From positions 44,311 through 108,310 of the forward strand of contig CAWFKQ010000014.1 of assembly GCA_963816395.1 (NCBI GenBank): a stretch of DNA of 64,000 bases, read 5' to 3'. Below are positions 29,933 through 40,124 of the stretch, piece after piece. Origin of the DNA: an uncultured delta proteobacterium. GTDB lineage: Bacteria; Desulfobacterota; Desulfuromonadia; Desulfuromonadales; JACZKF01. Made by a program: the position numbers and the translations under genes. Position 1 is the first letter of the stretch; each line of letters opens with the position of its first letter. The notes beneath the pieces were generated by a model, which searched no databases, was not told the DNA's origin, and worked only from the letters and a program-made list of their open reading frames with translations.

Positions 29933-31852
29933 TCAGCCGGCGGAGGCAGGCGCGCCACGGGGAGCCGGCAGCAGGACCGTGAACTGCGACCCCGCCCCCA
30001 GCCGGCTCTCCACCTGGATTTCGCCGCCGTGCCGTTTGACCACATCGTAAGTCAGGGCCAGACCCAGCCCGATCCCCCTACCGACCTCCTTGGTGGTGAA
30101 GAAGGGATCCCAGATCTTGTCGATGGTCTCGGGGCCTATGCCGCAGCCGTTATCGCGAATCCGGAGCGAAACCAGGGCCCTCTCGGCACGGCGGGTCGTT
30201 ATCTCCACCCGCCCCTCTTCCCTGATCGCCTGATGGGCGTTTATAAGCAGATTCATACAGACCTGGCGCAGGCCGGAGGGGTCCCCCAGGACATGCGGCA
30301 GCTCCGCGTCCAGGTCGGTGATAACCTTTATCTTCCGATGGTTCGGCTGGTGCTGCAGTAGTTCGACAATCTCCAGCAGAATCTCATTCAGATCCACGTC
30401 CACGGGGAATCCGTTCGACTGCCGGCCAAAGCTGAGGAGATGTTCGATGATCCCCTTGCAGCGATAGGACTCCCGAACGATCACCTCGAGGTAGTGGGGG
30501 AAAAGATCGAGCCGGGCGTCCTGCCGCATGCCCGGTTGATCGCGGAAGCGGCGCAGCAGCGCCTCGGCATAACCCGCCACCGAGGTGAGGGGATTGTTGA
30601 TTTCGTGGGCGATCCCCGTGGCCAGCACGCCGATGCTGGACATTTTTTCGGTCTGGATCAGGTGCATCTCCTGGAGACGTTTTTTCGAGACGTCCCGAAA
30701 AAAGACCAGGGCCCGGGTTTTCTCCCCCAAAGCGTCCTTGATCGGAGTCGCGGTGAGGTCGAGGTACAGAGTCATGTGGCCGTCCCGCCCCGACAGATGC
30801 GAGGCCTCCACCCGCTCGCCGCGAATCGCCCGCTCCACCGGACAGGCATCGGGGAGCTCGGGCGTTTCCGGATGGAATAAGGCGCGGCAGGAGGTCCCCT
30901 GGCTGATTTCTTTCGGGAACAGTTGTGGCGCGATCAGATTGTGATGCTGGACCCGGCCGTCATGGTCGTAGACCGCAATGCCGTCGCTGATCGAATCGAA
31001 AATCGCCTGCAGCTCGTTGCTCTTGTTGCGCAATTCGACCTCGGCCCGCTTGCGCTCGGTGATGTCCTGGGTCGTGCCATAGAGCCTGACGACCCGGCCG
31101 GCGCTGTCGACCAACGGCTCGACGATGGAATAGACCCACCGGGTGCTGCTATCGGCGAACTGCAGGCGGTGCTCGATTTCATAGCTCTTGCCCTGCTCAA
31201 TTCCCAGGCGAAGATGGGCCATCACCTTTTCGAGATCGTCCGGGTGGACCACGCTCCCGAAGGCTTCCGGGGTGGTTTCTTCGGGGCGAAGCTGGAGAAT
31301 GCGCAGCAGCTCCGCCGACGCACTCACTTCCCCGGTGGCAGGGTCGAAACTCCAGGAGCCGACATGGGTCATCGCCTGGGCCTTTGCCAGGTTGTACTCA
31401 CTCTCCGAGAGCGCCTGCTCTGCGCGTCTTTTGTCGGTGATGTCCACCAGGACCGCCAAGCACTCATCCCCCGCTTCGGTAACCATCGCCTCGATCCGGA
31501 CGTGCTGCGGCGGCTGGCCGCCGGTGGCGAGCCGCAGTCGGCAGGTATTCTTCTCCTGCCCCTGGAACACCGTATGGAGATAATTCCCGAAGAGGAAACG
31601 GTCTTCATCGGCAACGAACTGCTCGAAACGTTTGTCGATCAGCCCGGCCCGGTCCACCCCCAGCAGCCGCACCCCGTACAGGTTGACCGACCGAATCACC
31701 CCTTCCGGGTCGAAGGTGAAATACCCCACCGGGGCGAAATCGTAGAGGAACGCATATTTGTTCCGCGAGGTCTCCAGCTCCTCCTGCGACCTGCGCAGTT
31801 CCTCGATCTTGGTCACCAGCGCGACATGATGTGACTTCAACTCACCTGCCAT
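29933..31852 (-). CDS. Multi-PAS NtrB-type sensor histidine kinase
   Basis: YDFAPVGY and HPDD PAS motifs, [19 protein letters not shown]. Confidence 0.92.
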   Translation of the reverse strand: MAGELKSHHVALVTKIEELRRSQEELETSRNKYAFLYDFAPVGYFTFDPEGVIRSVNLYGVRLLGVDRAGLIDKRFEQFVADEDRFLFGNYLHTVFQGQEKNTCRLRLATGGQPPQHVRIEAMVTEAGDECLAVLVDITDKRRAEQALSESEYNLAKAQAMTHVGSWSFDPATGEVSASAELLRILQLRPEETTPEAFGSVVHPDDLEKVMAHLRLGIEQGKSYEIEHRLQFADSSTRWVYSIVEPLVDSAGRVVRLYGTTQDITERKRAEVELRNKSNELQAIFDSISDGIAVYDHDGRVQHHNLIAPQLFPKEISQGTSCRALFHPETPELPDACPVERAIRGERVEASHLSGRDGHMTLYLDLTATPIKDALGEKTRALVFFRDVSKKRLQEMHLIQTEKMSSIGVLATGIAHEINNPLTSVAGYAEALLRRFRDQPGMRQDARLDLFPHYLEVIVRESYRCKGIIEHLLSFGRQSNGFPVDVDLNEILLEIVELLQHQPNHRKIKVITDLDAELPHVLGDPSGLRQVCMNLLINAHQAIREEGRVEITTRRAERALVSLRIRDNGCGIGPETIDKIWDPFFTTKEVGRGIGLGLALTYDVVKRHGGEIQVESRLGAGSQFTVLLPAPRGAPASAG

Positions 31853-31991
31853 CTGCAAGTTTTTCCCCCTGGAATTCCAGGAAAATCGGGGATCGGCCAA
31901 CCGGAGCCCGCGATTGGCCTGATTGGAAGTGAATCGCTCGGGGGTGAACGGCTTGTGTTATTTTTCCGCGTTACCGGCGATGTGATCCAGT

Positions 31992-33384
31992 TCACCAGTG
32001 ACTACGCCCCTCGGGGTCCAGGGTCGGCGCCGAACCGCTACCGCCGCGGGTGTAGTAATCGCGATAGTCATATTCCTCGTCTTCTTGCGCCTTATCGATG
32101 GACCGCCTGGCGCGGTGTTCATCCTCCAGGTAGATGTTGCGGAACAGATCTTCCACAATCATGTTCAACTCTTCGACACTCTTGACCACCTCGACCTTGT
32201 CGCACCAGGCGCCATAGGTTTCGATCAGACAATCGCCCCGTTTCCATAAGGAGCGGTCTTCCGGAGTCAGCCAGAGCATGTAGCCGGCCTTATCGCGAAT
32301 CTGCTCGAGCACCCAGTCGTTGGCCTTGTTGTAGTTATTGCGGGCGTCGCCGAGAAAAATCACCGCCGGCCTGCCGCGCAGGTTCTCGAGATATTTATCT
32401 TTAAAGGTCAGGAAAACCTTGCCGTAGTCGCTGTTGTCGTCCAGGTTGACGATTTTGCCGCTGTCGATGTTTTCCATCATGGCGTTGATCGGTGAGTTGG
32501 TCAGCATTTCGGTGATTTCCGCCAATTCCGCGTTGAAGATGAAACTGCGGACATCCATCAATCGGTTGTGCAGGGTGTGCAGCAGCAACAGCATGAACTG
32601 TGACGCATGGCTGACGGAGAAGCTGACATCGCAGAGAACCACCAGCCGCGGTTTCTGCTTGCGTTTGCGGCGCAATTCCAGCTGAAACGGCACCATGCCG
32701 TTGCGATAGTTTTTCTGGATAGTGCGGATGACGTGGATCTTCCCGCGGTTCTCCCGGTTTTTTACCCGCCGGATATCCTTTTTCAGCCGCAGGATCATCC
32801 GCGATACCGCATCCTGCATCGCATCGACTTCCTGCTCGGTAAAAGTCACCTCCCGCTTCTGCCCGCTCGGGTCCTTGAAGGCCATGGTGACCGGGTTTTG
32901 CGGCATGCGCATGGACGGCCTGGGAGCCTCCATCTTTCCCTGGAAGTTTCTCAGCCGGATCTGCATCTCCGATCCGTCCAGCTGATCGAGATCGATTTCC
33001 CTGAGCCGCTGCAGATCCTTCAGGTCTTCCGGGCTCAGCCCGGCTTCCACCATCGCCAGCGACATCTTCTCGTTGACCATTTCAGGATTGGTGCCGAGCA
33101 TCGCCTCCCCTTCCATGGTGATGATCGCCTCCTCCAGCAGATCGCCGGGATCAAGTCCCATGCCGGCCGGGTACCTGCGGAAAAACCGGTCGAAGACTTT
33201 ATCGAAGACCGGGATGTCATTGACGTTCTTCACCAGCGTCAGGCGCAACAGGCTGCGCACCTGCCTGCGCCCTTCGAGCCCGCCGAGCGCTAGAGGCGCA
33301 AACCGCATCGAGGCTCTCGCCGGGAGAAACCCGCAGCCCTTCCTTTCTCAGGTCGGCGACAAATCTGCTGATGATGTCTTCCAT
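31992..33384 (-). CDS. VWA domain protein (CoxE/MadC-like); frameshift near 33305
   Basis: FV..LR..GLRVSPGES.DA N-terminus, VVLCDVSFS MIDAS, SDYG, GDARNNY, WLTPE. Confidence 0.85.
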
Positions 33385-33386
33385 GT

Positions 33387-34286
33387 TCAGGCCAGTTCTG
33401 CCGTAGCCAGCTCGACGACCTTCGACAAATCCGCATGGTGCTTGGAGATCACGCCAACCGTATTGGCCACCACTTCCGGCGTCAACCGGGTCACCTGCAG
33501 AATGGACAGCACTTCGGCCCAGTCGAGGGTCTCGGAGACGCTGGGCGGTTTGCGCAGATTCAGTTCGCGGGCCTTGCGCAGGAAACCGATCATCTGGTGC
33601 GCCAGCTCTTCGCAGACCTCGGGAAAGCGCGCCCGAACGATGCGGACTTCCCGTTCCAGCTCCGGGTAATCGATGTAGAGATAGAGACAGCGCCGCCGCA
33701 GGGCGTCGGAGATCATGCGGGTACCGTTGCTGGTGAGGATCGCCAGCGGCTTGTTGATCGCTTCGATCACCCCCAGCTCCGGGATGGAGACCTGGAAATC
33801 GCTCAGGCACTCCAGCAGCAGCGCTTCGAATTCATCGTCGGCACGGTCGATCTCGTCGATCAGCAGCACCGAGCGTTTCTCCGACAGGAAACTGCGCAGC
33901 ACCGGGCGCTGCACCAGGAAATTCCGGGAAAAGAACAGGCTTTCTTCGCTGGCCAGCCGCTCGACGGCATCGCGCAGGTCGGTGGCGGCGCACAGCTTGT
34001 TGTCGAGCTGGGTGCGCAGCATCTGGGTATAGAGCAGCTGCTTGCCGTATTCCCAATCGTAGAGGGCCTTGCCTTCGTCGATCCCCTCGTAGCACTGCAG
34101 GCGCACCAGCGGCAGGTCCATGACGTGCGCAAGGGTTTTCGCCAGGCCCGTCTTGCCGACCCCGGGCGGTCCCTCGATCAGGATCGGTTTCTCCATCCGC
34201 AGGGCGAGAAAAACCGCGGTGGCGATGGCCTCATCGGCAATGTACCCCCCGGAATGGAGGAGTTCTCTGACATTCTCTTCGGTCAT
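33387..34286 (-). CDS. MoxR/CoxD/MadB-type AAA+ ATPase
   Basis: EGPPGVGKT, RLQCYEGID, LLIDEIDRAD.EFEA, DALRRRC. Confidence 0.92.
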   Translation of the reverse strand: MTEENVRELLHSGGYIADEAIATAVFLALRMEKPILIEGPPGVGKTGLAKTLAHVMDLPLVRLQCYEGIDEGKALYDWEYGKQLLYTQMLRTQLDNKLCAATDLRDAVERLASEESLFFSRNFLVQRPVLRSFLSEKRSVLLIDEIDRADDEFEALLLECLSDFQVSIPELGVIEAINKPLAILTSNGTRMISDALRRRCLYLYIDYPELEREVRIVRARFPEVCEELAHQMIGFLRKARELNLRKPPSVSETLDWAEVLSILQVTRLTPEVVANTVGVISKHHADLSKVVELATAELA

Positions 34287-34446
34287 CGTTTCTACCTCGT
34301 GGCATCCTGCAGTTTGAGTATCGGCGCTGGCTGGAACCCCGGAAGCCTAAAGCCCAAGTGAAATACGGGCTTAACTTCCAGATTGGATCTTGACCCGCGC
34401 GCATAAAAGTTGATGGAGTTCGGTTTTAACAGCTTTCAACCAACAT

Positions 34447-34496
34447 AAAAGGGCTGCCGGCGCCGGGAGTGGTGTTCCCAGAACCAGCAGCCCCTT
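34447..34496 (-). terminator. Intrinsic terminator after adh
   Basis: GGGCTGCCGG...CCAGCAGCCC hairpin with a T-tract on the minus strand. Confidence 0.6.
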
Positions 34497-34532
34497 ACTT
34501 CAGCTTATCAGAACATCAATCAAGGTGCGCTC

Positions 34533-35738
34533 TTACATGCAGCCCTTGAAAACGGCGCGCATATTGTCGAAACCGATATCCACGGGGTTGCCTTCGGAGC
34601 AGATATCCGCCGCCGCGAACTTGGACAGCCCGTCGAGGTCTTTCTCTTTCAGGCCGAGATCCCCGAACTTGGTGGTGATGCCGAGATCGTCCTTCAATTC
34701 CTGGACCAGGTCGATGAACTTCTCACCGGCCTTCATGTCCGACATGCCGTTGGTGTCGATTCCGGCGGCCCGCGCCATCATGGCGAAGCGCTCGGGACAG
34801 GCCGGCAGATTGAGGCGGCTGACGTCGACCAGGGCGATGGCGTTGCACAGTCCGTGCGGCGCATCATACAGCCCGCCCATGGCGTGGGCCATGCTGTGCA
34901 CGATCCCCAGGCCGGCGCTGTTGAAGCTGTAGGCGGCCGCCATCTCGGCCCAGACCATCTGCTCGATGGCCTTGTCGTTGTTGCGGTTGTTCGCCGACTG
35001 CCGCAGGTTGCCGAAGATCTCGGTGATCGCCCAGAGGCCGGGGCCGTAGGCCGACTGCACGCACAGACGCGAAGCAATCGCTTCCACCGCATGGGTCAGC
35101 GCATCCATACCGGTGTAGGCCGCCAGGTTCTGCGGCATGCACTGGTGCAGCAGCGGGTCGTTGACCGACTTGCTCGGGGTGCAGTTGGGGTCGAACAGGG
35201 CCATTTTGTACATCTTCTCGGTGTGGTTGATGATCGAGAAGCAGGAGACTTCGGAGCCGGTCCCGGAAGTGGTGTTGATGGCGAGCTGAGGGATCTTGTT
35301 CGGCTTGGTCGCCTTGAAGGCCCCCTCAAAAGAGCGCACATCCTGACCGTCGTGGCTGTACACCAGCTTGATCGCCTTGCAGCAGTCAGTGGTGCTGCCG
35401 CCGCCGATGCTGATCAGACCGTCGAATTTACCGGCCGCCAGAACCTTGGCGCCTTCCATGACTTCGAAGTCTTTCGGGTTGGGAGTCGCCTTGGCATAGA
35501 CCTCGGAAGCCACCCCGGCGTGCTTCAGCACCCCCTGGATCGTCTCGATAATCCCGGTGCCCCGCAGGCCGGTGGTGACGATCAGGGCGTTGGTCATACC
35601 CAGCGCCTTGGCATCGTTGCCGACCATGGTGTGCGCGCCCCAGCCGATGTTCACGGAAGGATAGGCGTGCTGCATTTTGATCGGGTATTCGGTTCTCGCT
35701 TGGCTAAGGGTCCGTTTGACATCTCTGAAATGTGGCAT
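34533..35738 (-). CDS. Group III (Fe) alcohol dehydrogenase resembling Mdo/Mno (NDMA-dependent) nicotinoproteins
   Basis: GGGS, TTSGTGSE, DALTHAVE, HSMAH, PHGLCNAI; N-terminal YPIK..H.YP...G.GAH and TTGLRGTGII recall actinobacterial Mdo. Confidence 0.85.
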   Translation of the reverse strand: MPHFRDVKRTLSQARTEYPIKMQHAYPSVNIGWGAHTMVGNDAKALGMTNALIVTTGLRGTGIIETIQGVLKHAGVASEVYAKATPNPKDFEVMEGAKVLAAGKFDGLISIGGGSTTDCCKAIKLVYSHDGQDVRSFEGAFKATKPNKIPQLAINTTSGTGSEVSCFSIINHTEKMYKMALFDPNCTPSKSVNDPLLHQCMPQNLAAYTGMDALTHAVEAIASRLCVQSAYGPGLWAITEIFGNLRQSANNRNNDKAIEQMVWAEMAAAYSFNSAGLGIVHSMAHAMGGLYDAPHGLCNAIALVDVSRLNLPACPERFAMMARAAGIDTNGMSDMKAGEKFIDLVQELKDDLGITTKFGDLGLKEKDLDGLSKFAAADICSEGNPVDIGFDNMRAVFKGCM

Positions 35739-35918
35739 TGGGTGTCCTCCTTTGGGTGTTTTACGCTTCGTTGTTGGTACGGCACGGGTTTCTGACGGGT
35801 GAAAACAACCTTTTCCCCTTCTTTAATCCATCACCTCCTCTAACTATGTTTTACATCCATTATTTACCCCGAGGATGAATCGGTTTCAGCTCTCTCCGGA
35901 ATCGCATTCAAAGACAAG

Positions 35919-35935
35919 AGCAAGGACGATGCCAA
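35919..35935 (-). promoter_or_regulatory. sigma54 promoter of adh
   Basis: TTGGCAT-CGTCC-TTGCT on the minus strand. Confidence 0.85.
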
Positions 35936-36040
35936 ATACAAACATCGGTTTAAAGCTGGTAAAATCGGTGTTCGACCAAAGCGTTGGGAACGGTGGCGGG
36001 GAAATATGAAACAAAAAGATGTTTTTGCGGGCCGGTCCGG

Positions 36041-36075
36041 GTAGGGATTTTATCCACAGTGGGGAAATTCACCCC
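36041..36075. promoter_or_regulatory. Tandem 17-bp candidate enhancer sites
   Basis: GTAGGGATTTTATCCAC-A-GTGGGGAAATTCACCCC. Confidence 0.65.
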
Positions 36076-36104
36076 GGCAGGGAAAGCGGTACGGTGCGGA
36101 GGGA

Positions 36105-36252
<148 letters not shown>

Positions 36253-36260
36253 TTTAGCTT

Positions 36261-37388
36261 CTATCCTTCCGGGGAGCGCTCGGAATTCTTCAGCCGGTAA
36301 ACGGTTCGCCGCACCTCGCAGCGGTCGTCCGCCGCCAGCAGATCGCCGCAGCTCCCCCAGGCCCGGCCCATGCAGCCCCCGGCGCAGGCGAGGCGACCCG
36401 GACAGTCCCGGCACTGCGGCAGGGCGGCGAGCCGGCCCTGGCTGATCCGCTGCAGATCGGACCAGCGGGGCACTCCTTCAATCAGCGCCGCCGCCAGCCC
36501 CTTCTCGAAGACGCCGGAAACGGCGAAGTCGTCGGCGTGACACAGCACGCAGGGATAGAGCAGGCCGCTCGCCGTCAGGTAAGGGTTTTCCACGAAGGTG
36601 CAGCACTCCGCGCCGGCGGCATTCTCATTCCGCCATTCAAGCACCGCTATATTGCCGAGCTTCCGGTACAGCTCCCGGAACCGGGGGTCGGCATCGAAGC
36701 GCTGCAGCAGGCGGGTGTACTGGGACGGGAGGGCCGGTGCGAGCCGGCGGTCGGCGGCCGCCCGGCCGCAGGCGACCAGGGCGCCGCTGACCACGGCAGC
36801 AACCCCGAGCTCTGCCGCCATTTCAAGAACGGCGGGGATTTCCTCCAGATTGTGCTGCATCTCGGTGAAGAAGAGGGTGACGCGCGGCGCCAGCCCGCCC
36901 CGCGCCAGCCGCCCCAATCCGTCCATTACCCCCGCGAAGGCCCCCGCTCCCCGCACCCGGTCATGGGTCGAGGCGGTCGCCCCGTCCAGGCTGACCTGCA
37001 GGGAGAGCCCCGGAAAATCGAACTCGCGCAGGGCCGAGACCGCCTCTGCCCCGAGGAGCATGCCGTTGGTTTGCACTCCGATACCGGCAAAACCGAGGCT
37101 TCGGGCGTGCCGCAGGAACTGCCGCCAGTGCGGGTGGCAGAGCGGTTCGCCGCCGGTGAAGCGGACCCCCTTGCCGCCAAGGGCCGCAAACTCTTCCAGC
37201 AGGCGAATGACCTCCGCTTCCGGCACATGCGCGGCGGAGGACGCCAGGCCGGCGTCGACCCAGCAGTGGGAGCATTTGAGGTTGCAGACGCCGGTGATGG
37301 CGAGGGTCAGGGTTTTCGGGGCGCGCAGCTTCGCCGAATGCAGGACATCGAAGGCCGTCGGCCGGGTGCCGCTCTGTTCTTTCTGCAT
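36261..37388 (-). CDS. Radical SAM/SPASM protein, substrate unknown
   Basis: CNLKCSHC, FTGGEP, QTNG, VSLDG, SPASM CRDC...CAGGC...C. Confidence 0.9.
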   Translation of the reverse strand: MQKEQSGTRPTAFDVLHSAKLRAPKTLTLAITGVCNLKCSHCWVDAGLASSAAHVPEAEVIRLLEEFAALGGKGVRFTGGEPLCHPHWRQFLRHARSLGFAGIGVQTNGMLLGAEAVSALREFDFPGLSLQVSLDGATASTHDRVRGAGAFAGVMDGLGRLARGGLAPRVTLFFTEMQHNLEEIPAVLEMAAELGVAAVVSGALVACGRAAADRRLAPALPSQYTRLLQRFDADPRFRELYRKLGNIAVLEWRNENAAGAECCTFVENPYLTASGLLYPCVLCHADDFAVSGVFEKGLAAALIEGVPRWSDLQRISQGRLAALPQCRDCPGRLACAGGCMGRAWGSCGDLLAADDRCEVRRTVYRLKNSERSPEG

Positions 37389-37466
37389 CCTTTTACCGCG
37401 GCAAATGCGCTCCTCGAAAAAGTGGGGAGTATTCGGACATCAGGAGTGTCACCCGGTCGAAAAGGG

Positions 37467-37501
37467 GTGGGTAATTTGTCTACACCGGGGAGATTCTCCC
37501 C
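37467..37501. promoter_or_regulatory. Tandem 17-bp candidate enhancer sites
   Basis: GTGGGTAATTTGTCTAC-A-CCGGGGAGATTCTCCCC. Confidence 0.55.
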
Positions 37502-37530
37502 ATCGCTGGGGTCGCCTCCCGCTTGCTGTT

Positions 37531-38925
37531 TCACTCCCCCCCGGCAGGGGACAGGCCGAACCGCTCCAGCTTGGTGTAGAGCGTCTTGCGGTCGATCTCC
37601 AGGATCTTGGCGGCACGGCTCTTGTTCCCCTCGACCTTTTCCATAACCCTGAGGATATGTTCCCGCTCCACCATCCACAGCGGCACGGGTTCAGCGGCGG
37701 GACCGGGCGGGGCGGAGCCGTTGCCGGGCTTCGGGAGGGGCATCCGCGCCGGCGCGAAGGGGAGGAGGTCGACGGTAATCACCGGCTCCAGGGCCAGGAT
37801 GCAGGCCCGGCGGATGATATTGCGCAGCTCGCGGATGTTGCCGGGCCAGTCATGGGCGCAGAGCGCCGCCATCGCCTCCTCGGTAATCTCCCATTCTTCG
37901 GGGCGCTCGCTGCAGCTCGGGAGAAAATACATCACCAGCGGCGGGATGTCTTCCGGCCGCTCGCGCAGCGGCGCCAGGTTGATCGGCAGCAGGTTGATCC
38001 GGTGGTAGAGATCTTCGCGGAAATCGCCGCGCGCCACGCAGTCCTGCAGACTCTTGTTGGAGGCGAAGACGAAACGCACATCGACGCTGATGTCCCGATT
38101 CCCCCCGAGCCGGCGAAAGGTACCCGTCTCCAGCACCCGCAGGAGCTTGACCTGCACGTCGAGAGGCATTTCCGAGACTTCGTCCATGAACAGGGTGCCG
38201 GTGTCCGCCAGTTCGAAAAGACCCGCGCGCCCCTTGACCGCGCCGGTATAGGCCCCCTGCATATGGCCGAACAGTTCGCTCTCGGCGGTATTGACGTTGA
38301 GCCGTCCACAGTTCACCGTCATGAACGGCTTGTTCACCCGCCGGCTGGCATCGTGCACAGCGCGGGCGACGAGTTCCTTGCCGGTGCCGCTCTCGCCGAA
38401 AATCAGCACATGCTCGTCGACCGGACCCCAGCGCTTCACCGTTTCCAGCACCCGCTTGATCGCCGGGCTGCGGCCGATGATCTTGGTGTTATCCAGCTTC
38501 TTGAATTCCATGCGCAGGCTGATGTTCTCCAGGCGCAGCCGGTTCTTCTCGATCGCCTTGTCGAGCACCAGCTCCAGCTCATCGAGCTTCACCGGCTTGG
38601 TCAGGTAATCGTAGGCGCCCAGCTTGATGCATTCGACGGCGGTTTCGATGTTCCCGTGCCCGGTGAACATGATGATCTCCGGAACATTCGATTCCGCCCG
38701 CATCTGCCGAAGGATCTCCACGCCATCGGCGTCCGGCATCCGGATATCGAGAAGAACCACGTTGTAGATCTCCTCCCGGAAGCGCTCCAGACCCTCGTGA
38801 CCGCCGCACGCCACCTGGATTTTGTAGCCGCTGCGGGTCAACTCCGCCTTGAGCAGGTCGCGCAGTGGCTCCTCGTCCTCGACGATCAGAACTTTCGCAT
38901 TCCTTTCCGCTATTTTTCCTGACAT
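37531..38925 (-). CDS. sigma54-dependent response regulator (REC-AAA-Fis HTH)
   Basis: [43 protein letters not shown]. Confidence 0.95.
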   Translation of the reverse strand: MSGKIAERNAKVLIVEDEEPLRDLLKAELTRSGYKIQVACGGHEGLERFREEIYNVVLLDIRMPDADGVEILRQMRAESNVPEIIMFTGHGNIETAVECIKLGAYDYLTKPVKLDELELVLDKAIEKNRLRLENISLRMEFKKLDNTKIIGRSPAIKRVLETVKRWGPVDEHVLIFGESGTGKELVARAVHDASRRVNKPFMTVNCGRLNVNTAESELFGHMQGAYTGAVKGRAGLFELADTGTLFMDEVSEMPLDVQVKLLRVLETGTFRRLGGNRDISVDVRFVFASNKSLQDCVARGDFREDLYHRINLLPINLAPLRERPEDIPPLVMYFLPSCSERPEEWEITEEAMAALCAHDWPGNIRELRNIIRRACILALEPVITVDLLPFAPARMPLPKPGNGSAPPGPAAEPVPLWMVEREHILRVMEKVEGNKSRAAKILEIDRKTLYTKLERFGLSPAGGE

Positions 38926-40124
38926 GCCGGCAATCTCACCGTAAAAAGGGTTCCTTTTCCTATTACGCTTTCAACCTCGATTTCGCCCTGATGTTTCTTG
39001 ATGATGTTGTAGGTTACCGCCAGCCCCAGGCCGAGTCCCTGCCCCACCGATTTGGTGGTGAAGAAGGGATTCCAGATCTGGTCGATCATTTCGGCGGGAA
39101 TGCCGCAACCGCTGTCGCGGACGGCGGCAAGCACCTGGCCATGGTCGGCAGAGGTGATGATCTCGACCAGCCCGCAGCTTTCGATTGCCTGCAGCGCATT
39201 CATGATCAGATTCATGAACACCTGGCGCAGCGCCGAAGGATCGCCCTGCACCGGCGGCAGCGCCGCGCCCGGCTGGAAGCGGAGCTCGATCCGCTCGAAC
39301 CGGGATTTGTGGCGAACCAGCTCGAGAATTTCCTCGATCAACTCATTCAGGGCGATGGCGCGAGGAATGCCGTCCGACTTGCGGCTGAAGGTCAGCAGGC
39401 TGTCGATGATCCCCTTGCAGCGGTAGGCTTCCCGGATGATGACCTGCAGATAATGGGGGAAATCCTCCAGGCGGGGGTCCTCCTGCAGCGCCGGGTCGGC
39501 GCGCAACCGGCGCTGCAGCGCCTCGGCATAGCCGGCGACTGAATTCAGGGGGTTGTTGATCTCATGGGCGACCCCCGCCGCCAGCACTCCGATGCTGGAC
39601 ATCTTTTCCGCCTGCAGCAGTTGCAGCTCCTGATTGCGCTTTTCCGTGACATCGCGGAGAAAGAGCAGCGCCCGGTTCTTGCCGAAGGGATCCTGGATGG
39701 GGGTGGCGATGATATCGAAATGGCGCGGCCGGCCGCTGTCCCCGGGAAAAGTCATGGACAGATGCCACTGTTCTCCCTCCTGGGCTTTTTCCACCGGACA
39801 ACTTGCCGCCGCTCTGGCCTTGTCCGGATGAAACAGGTGCCGGCACGACTTGCCGACCATCGTTTCGGCGGGAAAGAGCCGGGCGCAGACATGGTTGCGG
39901 TGCTGGATGAAACCATTGCTGTCGAAAACGATCAGACCGTCGCTGATGGCGTCGAAAACCGCCTGGAGCTCGCTTTTTTTGGTTCGCAGCCCCAGGTTGG
40001 CCGCTTCGAGCTCCTGGATCTTCTGCTTTACTTCGGCATAGAAGCCGATCTTGGAACTGTGCAGCCCGAGCAGCTGATCCAGCGATTGCTCATCGACATG
40101 GGTAACCCGGGAATCGTCTTTCAA
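38910..40124 (-). CDS. PAS sensor histidine kinase (ErcS-like N-terminus)
   Basis: LLGLHSSKIGFYAEVKQKIQEL N-terminus, [18 protein letters not shown] start overlaps the upstream stop. Confidence 0.9.
   Translation of the reverse strand: MKDDSRVTHVDEQSLDQLLGLHSSKIGFYAEVKQKIQELEAANLGLRTKKSELQAVFDAISDGLIVFDSNGFIQHRNHVCARLFPAETMVGKSCRHLFHPDKARAAASCPVEKAQEGEQWHLSMTFPGDSGRPRHFDIIATPIQDPFGKNRALLFLRDVTEKRNQELQLLQAEKMSSIGVLAAGVAHEINNPLNSVAGYAEALQRRLRADPALQEDPRLEDFPHYLQVIIREAYRCKGIIDSLLTFSRKSDGIPRAIALNELIEEILELVRHKSRFERIELRFQPGAALPPVQGDPSALRQVFMNLIMNALQAIESCGLVEIITSADHGQVLAAVRDSGCGIPAEMIDQIWNPFFTTKSVGQGLGLGLAVTYNIIKKHQGEIEVESVIGKGTLFTVRLPACQEK

Noticed and set aside
34340..34380. Hairpin between adh and the AAA gene as an ncRNA
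   Set aside because: Single imperfect stem-loop with no promoter or family motif
37395..37420. sigma54 promoter for the radical SAM gene 36261..37388
   Set aside because: Best match has GG and GC separated by 9 nt instead of 10
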